A DNA stretch of 64,000 nt, taken from assembly GCA_036172245.1 (NCBI GenBank), contig JAYWIR010000012.1, positions 3,224,001 to 3,288,000 on the forward strand, written 5' to 3'. Each line of letters opens with the position of its first letter. Position 1 is the stretch's first letter. The translations under genes were made by a program, and so were the position numbers. Below, one piece after another: positions 39,100-49,257 of the stretch. The stretch comes from Raillietiella orientalis (taxonomy: Eukaryota). The notes under the pieces are model-generated. The model was not told the origin of the DNA and made no database searches. It saw only the letters and a program-made list of their open reading frames with translations.

Positions 39100-39950
39100 G
39101 GGCATCCAGCGAGTGCGCGCTTGTCTGTTTTTCCGGAATCCCCTTCGAAGGGCAGGGAGGACCTCAATGGCCCCCCACCACTGGCGGCGGCCAGCGATGG
39201 GGGACGCTCTCTTTCTGGGCGGGACGTCCCGCCTCTCGAGCGGTCCCTACAGGGGGGTGGTGCATCGTCCTGTGCAGCTCACGCGCCCCCAGCGCCGTCT
39301 GGTCGCGAGCCCGGGAGAGAGAACGAAGCGACCCGGGGGAAGACTCTCTCGCATGGTCTGTCCTCGAGAGGTCGAGGAGCCTACCCTGTGGACGGAGTTC
39401 CTGGCGGCTACGATGGACCCCAGCCCGCCTCCGAAGTGGAAGCTTGCCGAGCCCGGGCGTCAGCAGCTGCCCCGACCCTCTCTCGGGGCGCCACTGTTGC
39501 GTCAGACCAGTCGACGACGACGACCAGCCGGTGCAGACGCGAGCGCGCCTCGTCTCGGGAAGCGCTGACCTCGGGGCGCAGAGACCGGGACCGAGAGCGA
39601 GCAGCGCCGCGGCGACCAAGCTGACGGACGGAAGCGACGGGACCGACCGGCCGGCCGCTTGGACTCCGCCTAGGCGCGGGTCCCACTGCCAGGAGGGAGC
39701 GCTCAGCGCGGAAGGGAAGGCGGGGAGGAGGAGGCAGAGGACCGGGCTGCTTTTGGACGACGACAATCTCGAGGTGCCCCCTACGCCCTGTGGGGAATGC
39801 CGCCTTTGCAGACCACCCTTGCGAGTCCCCACGATTCCGTCTGGCTCTTCGGCATTGCGGAAGCCGCCGCGCTCGTTCCCACGTGGAAACGCGCTGACTG
39901 GCGGCGCAGGCGCGCCCTCGTGAGCCCTGGGCACGTGAGGGCGAAGACGT
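39100..39950 (-). mobile_element. possible decayed L1/Tx1 ORF1 remnant
   Basis: GLGSIVA..TMRESLP..GRVSCTGRCTT resembles the ORF1 pattern YGxV..MxxxxP..VxYxGQxxxC; weak. Confidence 0.25.
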
Positions 39951-40249
39951 TAGGGTAAGTGGGATGGGAGCAATGGACGAGCAGACAGGACTTCTGCTTT
40001 GCTCCTCAGGAAGCGCAGACGGAGCTCCGTTCTTGCTCGGAGAAGGACGTCGGAGGACCCCGAGCGCCTCCGACTTCGCCGCAGAGGGCACGCTGGGAAG
40101 AAGCGGCGGTTACCAGGCAATGCTGGGAGGAAGCCTTCGAGGAGCCACGCGGGAGATCCCGGAAAACAAAGTGGGGGAAGAGGAGAGGGAAACGCGCGCG
40201 CCAAGCCGGGACGCTGCTCCCGGTGCGCACGCGGTCGCTCTGGAGGCGG

Positions 40250-41600
40250 CCGGGGGACGCAGCACGAATTTCGCCGGGACTCATCTCCGGGCAAAGATTG
40301 TAAATCTCCGGGAGCTGGCCCTAAATCAAAGGGATGACGTGTCCTTCGTCGTTGCCGGGAGCCGGAGGGGACTCGTGGACGTGCGCTTGTTCCTCCTCCC
40401 TCCTCGGGAGAGCACTCCCTTGTTTCCAGGCTGACCGTAGGACACTTCGGGCTCCGGGGAACGTCGAAGGATGATGCGGGGGAGGGGCCGAAGAAGTGCG
40501 GAACCGTGGGAAAAGAGGGGGTGGGAGCTCATCGCCTCGTTCTCGGAGGTTTCCCATCAGATAACAGACCACCTTCTCCCTCTGCGGATGGTGGTCGGTC
40601 ACCCAGGTGGCCGCCACCTCCGGCATTCGCCTTTTGACGACCCGATTCCCCTCCTTCCCTCCCGTCCTCTGTTGGCTTGCCGAGCAGGCGGATCGCAAGA
40701 GAGGAACGCGCGCGCCAGCGCAGCCGCGGGGGGGGGCACCGACTTACGGAAACCCCCGCAGCAGTCGCTCCGTCGTGCGACCTCGTTGAAGCGGCAGCGG
40801 CGGCACCGGAAGAGGTGGTGCACCCCTGCGCCTCCTTCTCCAGCTCGGTCGCCCGCGGAGACTGCTCCCTCCCCGCTCTCCTGGTCGCTTCGGCGCGACT
40901 GCATTGACCGCACCCGGGTCTCCAGACCCTGAGGTCGGAAGCGACGGGGAATTCCCCGATTTCTCCCCAAGGGACGGCACGTGCCGCCACTCCTCATGAG
41001 CAGTCATGCCTCCGCCCTCGCAGCAGCCCCTGCGGTCCTCCGCCCACCTTTGGAGGGCAACCCGCGGAGTTTCGAGGCAGGTCGTCTTGGAGAAGCCCTG
41101 TCCAGACAAGCAGGGACAGTGACCTTTCCTCGAAAGACCCGGGTGTCGGCGCAGGCAATGCCCAGGGCGGAGCAGGGCCTCCCTCTCAGACGAGTGAAGG
41201 GAAGGAAGGTGTGCAGGTGGCACGGAGAGGGGGGTGAATCCCGAACGCTTCCCTGTGCCTCCAAGCGCGCTCCGCGGGGCTCTTCGCTTCCCGAGAGCCC
41301 TCCGTGCCCCGTTCCTGCCCTCGTGTGACGCGATCGGAGGGTACCTTGCAGCTTCCTGCAGCGGGTGGAGCACCCGAAGGGAGGGATGCTGGTGCCCGGG
41401 AGCAGCCGCCCAAGCGCGCTGCCGGAGGGGAGAGACAGACCAGGCGGGCGGAGGCCCCGAGGGGTTGCTGACGACCGTTTGCTGGAGAGGCACCTTCACC
41501 AAGGGGGAAGCTGAGAATTCCTTCCAGAGTCTCCCCTGCTCCAGAGGTCGGAGGGTCAACCACAGAGGGGCAGCCTTCCCTCCCAGGGACCCGCGGGCGG
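40250..41600 (-). mobile_element. decayed LINE APE endonuclease fragment
   Basis: GEIGEF (GGDFN-like) followed by TWVTDHHPQREKVVCY (DxWxxxHPxxxxxTY-like). Confidence 0.35.
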
Positions 41601-42071
41601 GCCGTCGAACGCCTCGAGTTCCCGCTGATCTCTCGGAAGATCCTCCTTCCCCTGATACCTCCTTCAGGAGGATGGGGGGGATCGCTTCTTCGTCTTCCCC
41701 GCCCCTAGTAGTCTCTTCTCAGCGCCCCTTCCCGCTCCCCGGTGGAATGGGAGAGTTTTTGCCCTCTGGTGCCCTCCCCCCCACGTGCAAGGACAAACAG
41801 CTGCACCCCTTCCCCAGTCTCTGCTCCCCACCCTCCCGCTCGTCCCCAAGTCTCATTTTCGCTCGGATCTGCCTCTTCCTGGAGGGAGTCTTCGGTTCCG
41901 CTCGAGCGGCGGTGGCGTCGCCGCCTCGGCAATAAGGACACGGGCTGCGGGAGGGGAGGAGGAAGCACAGAGAAGGGTCCCAGGAAAGGAAGTCTTGGCT
42001 TCCTTTCCCGAGACCAACCACCCCTTCCACCACCCTGAAAAGGGATTTTTTTTTTCTTTTTCTTTTTTTTT

Positions 42072-42244
42072 TTTATTTCGCAGGGCACATCACAGATGGC
42101 GCACGAATACAAAGGGGAGGGGCAACCTGGAGCCCTCCTGGGTCGACACAGAACCTACGCTATGACATCTCCGGCGCCCCGCGGGCCGGGCCCGTCGTTC
42201 CTTGTCGGGCCCCTTCCCGGCCGACCGCGGAGCTCCCGTTTATT
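42072..42244 (-). terminator. candidate scratch polyadenylation signals
   Basis: AATAAA on the minus strand at 42244-42239 and 42077-42072, about 700 and 870 nt after the stop codon; both are next to genomic A-tracts. Confidence 0.35.
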
Positions 42245-42942
42245 GCTTTGCATACCCGGCACCTCTCCTTCTTCCTTTTTCCCCCTTTTTTTCCCCCCTT
42301 TTTTTCGCTTTTTTTTTTTTTTTCTTCCTTTTTTTCGGCCCTCCTCCTCGCCCCAATGCCACCCGCTTAGCACGGGGGGCGCCGTGGGGGGCGGTGGGGG
42401 GCATGAGATCATCGTGAAGGCCGCTGGAGGCGAGCGCAAGGAGGCAGCAGCGGCGGGCGGAGGAGCGGGCAGGGGAGGAAAGGAGGCGCCCTCTTCGGGG
42501 AAGTGGGGGCGGGCGGAGGAAGCGGCTTTTCCCCGAGGCTGGGAGAACTGCCGCTGCAGGCTCTCTCAGGGAACGGGACGGGAAAAAGAGGGGAGGGAAG
42601 GGGACAGCTGCGCCGACCGGGAACCGCCCGTTCCATCCGTGGCGGTGGGGTCGACCCTCTGGAACGCCTCCCTCCTGAGAAGGGAGAGCGGCTGGAATCC
42701 CCTCGGCGGGGTTCGCTTCTCCCGGTTCCTCCGGGAGGATGGGGAGGGGAGTAGGTGGTTGGAATGGGAAGATGGCGCTCGCCTCCTCCCCCGCGCGGGT
42801 CCGCCGCAGCCGCCCAGGACGGAAGCGGGGCAGCTCGGCAGCAGCGCCCATGGCGCCGCCCTCTTCTCCCGGATCGAAGATGAAGATCGGCGTGTTCCCG
42901 CGGCGGGAGCACCCCGCGGTGCTGGGCGTCCCTTCCTCGCCC

Positions 42943-44210
42943 TCACTTGCAGCCCTGGTTCAGGGAGCGGGGTTTGGGCGCCCTGACGGCAGCGGGCGGC
43001 GGCGGAGGGGCGACGGAAGCGTGAGTGGCGTCCCGGAAGCAAGCGGACTCGTAGTGCTTGTTGAGGTACGCCTTGAGGGCGAAGGCCTTGTCGCAGCGGG
43101 CGCAGCGGTAGGCCTTCAGGGAGGAGTGGGTCTGCATGTGGGCGCGCAAGTTGGAGCGGTCGGCGAAGGCCTTTCCGCAGTGGGCGCAGCCGTAGGGTCT
43201 CTCTCCCGTATGGGAGCGCAGGTGCCCCTGAAGCAGCCAGGGCCTGGAGAAGGCCTTGCCGCACGTGTCGCAGCGGTGGCTGAGACTGTGGGTCAGCAGG
43301 TGCATGGACAGGGCCGGCATGGACACGTAGGTCTTGCCACACACGGGACACTTGCGGGCGGACTGGGAGTCCAGGGAGCGGTGAGTCTGCTTGTGCCGGG
43401 ACAGATTCGAAGAGGTGGCGTAGTGCTTCCCGCAGTCCGGGCATGAAAAGCGGCACCGCTGCTGCTGCTGCGGCGGCGGCTGCTGCCCAGGGGGCGCCGC
43501 CGCCGCCGCCGTCGCTTCCCCGCGGCGCTTCGAGCGCCCGTCGCTCACGAAGAAGCTCTCGTAGGTGTAGGCGACCGTCTTGCTCTTGGGGGGACGCTCA
43601 CCAGGTTTCCGCCGGGGCGAAGGAGGCGGCTTCCGGTGGTGGTGCGGTGGCGGCTGCAGCGCCCCGCCCTCCGAAGAGACGGGGAGGGTGGCGCAGGAAG
43701 GCGCCTCCAAAACTCCCAGCGCCACCGTCGCCACGTCCGTGGCGGCCGCAGTGGCGACCAGGCAGGAGGACGGAGGGATGCCCTTCAGGTAGTGCGCGCT
43801 GGCGCTCAAGTCCAGGATGGCGTGGGCGACGTCCTCCTCGACCCGCGTCTGCGGGTGGATCTCCGGTGGCGGTGGCGGCGGCGCCACCGGGGTCGCCGCC
43901 GCTAGCACCCCGCTGCCGTCTCCGAATGGGAAGTCCAACCGCCGGTTCCTGCGATGGAGGTGGTGGTGGTTGTGACTGTGGTGATGGTTGTGGTGGTGGT
44001 CCACGAGCAGCGTCTTCCCCAGCCTCGGACCCGCGTCCTGGTCATCGTCGTCGTGCTCCTCGCCCTCGTCTTCGGGGCACCTTCTCGGAGACGGGGACGG
44101 AGAGGGTGTCGGCGGGAATCCCAGAGGCTGGCAAAAGGTCGCGACACTGGTCAGCGAGGAGTACACGGCCTCATCCTGGAGACCCGGGTCGTCCCATCCT
44201 CGGAAGCATT
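42943..44210 (-). CDS. scrt: scratch-family transcriptional repressor, coding exon 2 (SCRATCH domain, 4 C2H2 + terminal C2HC zinc finger)
   Basis: Acceptor CCCTGAC(branch A at 44228)..CCCTTTCCTTCCAG|AATGC joins in frame (..QK-E-CFRGWDD). Contains the SCRATCH motif AYTYESFFVSDGRSKRR, an ILDLS CtBP-like motif, and fingers CPDCGKHYATSSNLSRHKQTH, CPVCGKTYVSMPALSMHLLTH, CDTCGKAFSRPWLLQGHLRSH, CAHCGKAFADRSNLRAHMQTH, CARCDKAFALKAYLNKHYESAC. Spliced CDS 1545 nt = 514 aa + stop. Confidence 0.95.
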
Positions 44211-44296
44211 CTGGAAGGAAAGGGCCGTCAGGGAGACAAAGACGAGAGGATCGGAGTGCCTGCCCCTCCGGGCGGCCTGTCCGTTCTGGAACATCC

Positions 44297-44437
44297 CAGC
44301 GAGAGAGGATCTTAGCCAAAAGGCCGAGAAACGGCCTTTTGGCTAAGATCGACAGAGCATCAGCCATAGCCCATCATTAAAAATGTAGTGTTGCAACCTT
44401 TTCATTAATAAAAATCTGTTCCTATCAGCGAGAGAGG
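44297..44437 (+). mobile_element. U2 snRNA-flanked short retro-insertion with 12-bp TSD and 5' inversion
   Basis: CAGCGAGAGAGG at 44297-44308 and 44426-44437. Inside: revcomp of TTCTCGGCCTTTTGGCTAAGATC (44308-44330), CGGCCTTTTGGCTAAGATC (44332-44350), 64 nt ending AATAAAAA (44351-44414), then TCTGTTCCTATCAGC (44415-44429; U2 reads TCTGTTCTTATCAG). Confidence 0.8.
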
Positions 44438-44449
44438 GAGAGGCCAGCT

Positions 44450-47200
44450 GCCGTGGCAGGCGAGCGAGGAGGCAACCAACCATGGAGATTCCGGCGTCGA
44501 AGGGAAGAGAAAGGAGGGGGGGAGCCGATGCTGCCACCAATGAGCCGATGAACCATGCTTGCCGCCCTCTCGGCATCATAAGGAACATTCCGGAAGCTGG
44601 CGATGCTGAACGAAAGGCGAGGCGATGGGCAGCGGCGCCCGCACTGGCTGCTCCGAAGGGTGGCAGCTTTCGGTCGCGCAGCCACCAGCCGGGTTCGAGA
44701 GGTTCCAGCAGAGGAAGGAGAAAGGGAATGGGGGCAACAGCGGATCCACCAGGAAGCGGGCGCGAGGCGCGTTCGCCCCCGGTGGCGACCGACCGCCTCC
44801 ACCTGACGAGCCACCATCCGCCTCCGAAACGAGCCTCCCCTCTTTCCGCGGCGGGACCTTGACCATCCAGGAGCGAACAGGGGAGGTTGTGAAAAAGGTG
44901 GGGGCAGTCTGGCATCGTGGAGGCCGGACAAACGAGCGCCAAAAGCGATGGTAGTGCAGAGCCCCTCGCGTACCCCGGAAGTTTACCGCACAACGGGAGC
45001 GGCGGAGGGAGACCAGAGGGAAGGCAGACGAGAACGACTCGGTATGCACCCTGGAACCCCTTTCTCCCCCCCCCTCCCTTCCCTCCAGAGAGGTCGATCC
45101 TCTCTCTGAAAAGAGCGAATGTCCCCGGGAGTAAATCCCTGACTAATTCCGCCAGTGAAGAGTTCCCCTGGACACGGAAGATTCGTAGCATCCCGCGGTA
45201 GTAGCAGTGGAGATGGTCGCGTCACTCCCTCGGGAAGAAGCCGGCAGAGACCGCTTCGCACTTTCCACGAGGCACCAGGACCCCTCTCCTTTCCTCCCCT
45301 CTGTCTTCTCTAGAGGGGCTCGATGCAAGGTGAGCCCAGCAGGAGCAAGTGAACCACCCCGCCCCAGCGAACAAGTCCCTGTTAGGAGGGTGGAAAGGGG
45401 GAGGTTGGCTATTCCCTGGGAACACTTCCGCTCGCTCGTCCGTCCGAGCTGTGCTGATAGACGAGTAGCGTCGCAACTGCCACCTTCCGGGCTGGCCTCG
45501 AAGGTGGCAAGGGAGGGAGCGCCGCCTGTGTTTCTCTGGCGACCGTTCGGCGACTTTCGATCCTCCCTACTGGTTCCCTCCCCTCGGGCCCGACGGTGGC
45601 GCCGCGGAGAAGCCGGGTCCCGCCTGCATGCATCCGAAGAGGGGCGGTCGGAAACGCTCAGGAGGGGAGGGAGAGTGGGGGGGAAGAGACCGCCCCTTGG
45701 GACGCTGCGAAGGCAGTGCGTCCTCGATGGGGGACTTCTTCCCGAGGATCTTCCTGCTGGGGTGCAGCCTCCCGTCTCCCTCGCCAAAGGTCCACAGGTC
45801 TCTGGGCGACCGATTGACCACCCTTGGTATCCCAGACGCTCTTCCCCCTTTGGTTCCGCTTTACCCTGGGTAGGGGAAGACCATTTCTGGAACCGCCGTC
45901 CTCCTCGCCAAGGTGGCGACGTCTCGGTCCTGGCGACGGGAGTCCCAAATCGGTCATCCCTCCTCCTGTCTTCCCCCTGAGCTGCCACCTTCCGAGGCCA
46001 CGCGCGAGCACCACCGCGAGAGCACAGAGCGATGTGCCTGGCGATTGACCAAAAGCGCGCGATCCCCTTCGGCATGCCATGTCCCTGGACGCCAGGAGGG
46101 GGAGGAAGGGGGAGGTCAGGAACTGAAAAGAAGCCCCGCCCTGGTCGATAGGGACTTCCGGAAGGAGGGGATGGGAAGGTTGAGGTCGAGGGACCGCGAA
46201 CTTCCCGGAGGAGGGACGCAGAGGGGCTCCTGGACCGCACTGAGAAGATGAAGGAGGGAGACAGGCTGGGCCACCAACCCCACACGCTAACGCGTGACCC
46301 CCACCGACCTCACACTTGCTCCTGCCCAAGAGCAGACCTTCGGGTCCCTTCACCTCCAGGATGCTCGCGGCGAAGTAGCGCCCGCCGCGTGCACGAGGGG
46401 GCATTGGCACGAGCACCCGCTGGGAGAAGGTAGGGCCACATGCCCTGCTGCTAGGGGAGAGGCCGAACCGCAGCATCGAGTTAGCTGCAGGGAGGGAGCG
46501 CCTCCTCCGCGAGGGTCGCAGCCACCGTCGCCGGCGGGACTCGCGCGAGGACACCGGGGCGTCAGTCGGGCACCTGGGTGGGGAAGGTCGCCCGGGAAGG
46601 GTCATTCGAGGGACGAGGAGGAGAACACTTCGTGGGTACGAGGCCGGCCCGGCTGGCTAGCGAAATCCCAAAGGAGAGCAAAAGGGTCTCCCTCCTTTTG
46701 GTGGTCACGTAGCACTCCCAGTCACCCCTTCTCTGTCTCCTTCGACCCAGGGAACGCCATTCTTCGGAGGCAAGGAACAGAGAGCGGACGGTTGCGCCTG
46801 GACGGAGGTCACACTTGCAGCTGACATCGCTCTGGCGCTGAAGGATTCCTCTGGCACAGGGCCTGCATGGTTGCGTGGGCGACTCGTTACCCTTCCACCT
46901 CTACAACCCGGCCCTATTGTCGCGCTGCACCCGTTCGCCCCTGCGTCAAAGACCACCGGGACGAAGGATGGGCGCACGCGGGGGGGCACACTCTTCCGCT
47001 CGCTCCCCCCCCCCGCCGCCGCCGCTGGCTAAGTCGCAGGACGGGAGGGAGCGGAGTGAGGTGATGAAGTCGCCTCAGGAGGTGTCACGGGACCTCCGAC
47101 TCCTGCACGACGTCGACGGTCCGGCGGCATTCCGAACGCGACTGCTCCCCCTTCGAAAAGTAAGGAATTCCAGCCTGGCTTTTCGAGCACCATCTTCCTC
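44450..47200 (-). mobile_element. decayed L1/Tx1-type LINE within the scratch intron
   Basis: GWSIGR (LSxxGR), CLRSVPRGGLFPP (LPxxxGGL), LPLCGK..SLLALVCPA (C-terminal finger), in order. Confidence 0.5.
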
Positions 47201-48802
47201 ATCCCCCTCTTTCCGTGTGAGAGAACGGGAGTAGGTCGCGAAGGCGCGAGACGCATGCCTCCGGCGGACCCTTGGGCGGCCGCCCCGGTCCGAAGATCTA
47301 CGCAGCCGGAACCGCTTTCGGCTCCATTTCGCTCCCTTTGGCCTGGCGCCGTCTCCAGTGCCAAGGGGAGCGGCAGAGACGCGACTTCATGGCTCCGCGG
47401 ACGGAACTCGATTTGCCTGTAGGGCATCCATCCATCATCCTGTCGCAAAGGCACGGTGCCGCAACGTACGTGGACGCTGGGTCGAGGAGGCCAGCGCACC
47501 GCGAGGAGGCGCACGTCTCCGGTGGCGGTTTGGTCGGAACTGGCGGCACGTCCGGGTGGCGACCGCCTCGGCCACACAGCGGCGCGGCGAGGACGGGAGC
47601 GAAAAAGTCCGCGCGGAAGGGCCCCGCCCCTCCTTCCGGGTCGCCAGAGGAAGGAGAGGGGGCGCTTCGTGTAATTCTCCGCCCTCCCCCATTTCCCTCG
47701 CCGAGCTCTCGCCTCGCAAAGAGTGAGGGAGGCGGGCAACGCCTGCGCGCACATAAGTCGCCGCCGTCAGGCCTGCGAGAACGGCTGGGGGGCTGTCTCC
47801 AGGTAACCAGGGACGTCCACGTAGGTAGACGAGGCTTCACTTTAAAAAAAAAGGACCATCTCTTTATCCTCCCCCCCCCCCTCTCCCTCCCTCCTCCCAG
47901 AAAAACAAAATTGGGTTTTGAGGGAGCGCGTGCGTGCGTGTCTTCCCAACTTCCGGGAAAATTGGCAGTCGCCCGGCATGGGTGAGGGAAGACCCGCACG
48001 CGCGCGCCCCTTTAGCCGGAGGTCGCCGCCGCCGGCCGAAGTCTCCGGAAGGCACGTCCAGGAGTGCGTCCACAAACGCCACGTGACGTGCACACCCCGC
48101 GCGCGCGGTCCACCAACGGCAGCACGTGGCGCAGGGGGCGACGCGACGCGCGGACCCCGTTTACGGGCGCCGCGGAAGACGATGAGGAGGGAGGAGGAGG
48201 ACGAGGAGGAGCCAGGAACCTGTCGCTATGGAAACTTCGCATGGGGAAAGAGAGGGAGGGGGGGAGGGAGAGAAGGAAAAAAAGAAAACGCTGCTGCCAG
48301 CGGGAACACGAGACGCGAGCGGCCTCGGTTCCAGAGGAGGTCCCGGAACAGAAGACGAGCTGTAGCTTTCCAAACATCTTCGCGGGGAAGGAAACGTTTT
48401 CTCTCCCCCCTCCCCTACCCCTCCCCTGCCCACGAAGCGCTCGCGCGTGCGCGAGGACGGCAGCGCGGCAGTCCGGGGCGCGCCATGTCGCAGCGCCGCC
48501 GCGCAATCCCGGCCGCTGTGCATCCCCGTGCGCACGGGGTGACGCAGGACGTGGCATTCGACCGGAGGTTACTGCCCTCCGGGGCTCTGGTCGGCGGACT
48601 GGCGGACTAGACATTCGCGGCCACCACGGAACGCGTCTGAAGAAGGAGAGGAGAGCGTCCCCCCACAGCGGACGGGGTCGGTGGGCCAAGCCTCCCCTTT
48701 CCTCCCGCAGGGGGTCGTCTGGGACGGGAGAAACAGGTCGAGAGATCCCTCCCCTCTCCTCCCCCCTTCGCCACACGCGTGCGCGCGCGCGACCTGCCTG
48801 AC

Positions 48803-49079
48803 CTTTCTGCAGGGCGGCGGTGGCTGCGGCCGCGGCGGCGGCCGCGGCGGCGGCTTCCACGGGTTTGACGAGCAGCTGGTGGTGGTGGTGGTGATGGTGG
48901 TGATGATGGTGGTCCACGTGGGCGCTGCTGGGTGCGGTCTCCGCCTCCGTGGGGCTCGAGGGAACGTAGCCGGAGGCGCTTCGGCTCCCCGGGCAGAAGG
49001 ACGGGATAACGATGGGCCTGTCCCGGGCGCCGGCCCCCTGCTCGTCGGCGACCTTCTTCACGACGAAGCACCGCGGCAT
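48803..49079 (-). CDS. scrt: scratch-family transcriptional repressor, coding exon 1 (SNAG domain, poly-His, poly-Ala)
   Basis: ATG at 49079 (AAGATGC) begins MPRCFVVKK, a SNAG motif. It is followed by an 11-His run and an Ala run. Donor AAG|GTCAGG at 48803/48802 leaves phase 1, matching the acceptor at 44211. An alternative phase-1 donor CAG|GTCGCG lies 9 nt further (48794/48793). Confidence 0.88.
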
Positions 49080-49124
49080 CTTCCCGCGGGCGGGTCCGCG
49101 GTACTGCGGCGGCGGCTCCGCGAG

Positions 49125-49166
49125 TCAGGCCCGGCGTCGCCGCCAGCAGGGACGGCGGCGGCCCAT
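49125..49166 (-). other. upstream ORF in the predicted scratch 5' UTR (MGRRRPCWRRRRA*)
   Basis: GCCATGG at 49166, TGA at 49127-49125; same frame as the main ATG and stopping 45 nt before it. Confidence 0.5.
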
Positions 49167-49219
49167 GGCTCCCGCGCTGCTCCCGCTCCTGTCCTGCGCG
49201 TGATCCCTGAGGACGGATG

Positions 49220-49257
49220 GAGAATGCATGCGGAGCATCCGGTGTTTTCCCTTATAG
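49220..49257 (-). promoter_or_regulatory. candidate scratch core promoter (TATA-like + Inr-like)
   Basis: Minus strand CTATAAGG, first T at 49256, exactly 31 nt upstream of the A (49225) in an Inr-like GCATTC. This gives a 146-nt 5' UTR. Confidence 0.5.

Larger units (their letters stand above)
44211..48802 (-). other. scratch intron 1 (GT-AG, phase 1, 4592 nt)
   Basis: GTCAGG donor, CCCTGAC branch site 18 nt before exon 2, pyrimidine tract and CAG acceptor; reading frame is preserved across the junction. Confidence 0.8.

Noticed and set aside
44211..44367. The 474-aa single-exon ORF 42943-44367 as the full gene
   Set aside because: Its first 52 codons run through the U2-derived insertion, branch site and pyrimidine tract and lack SNAG; the SNAG exon at 49079 splices in frame.
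48012..48802. Continuation of the exon-1 ORF to 355 aa
   Set aside because: After the donor site the peptide is low-complexity, as expected for GC-rich intron sequence.
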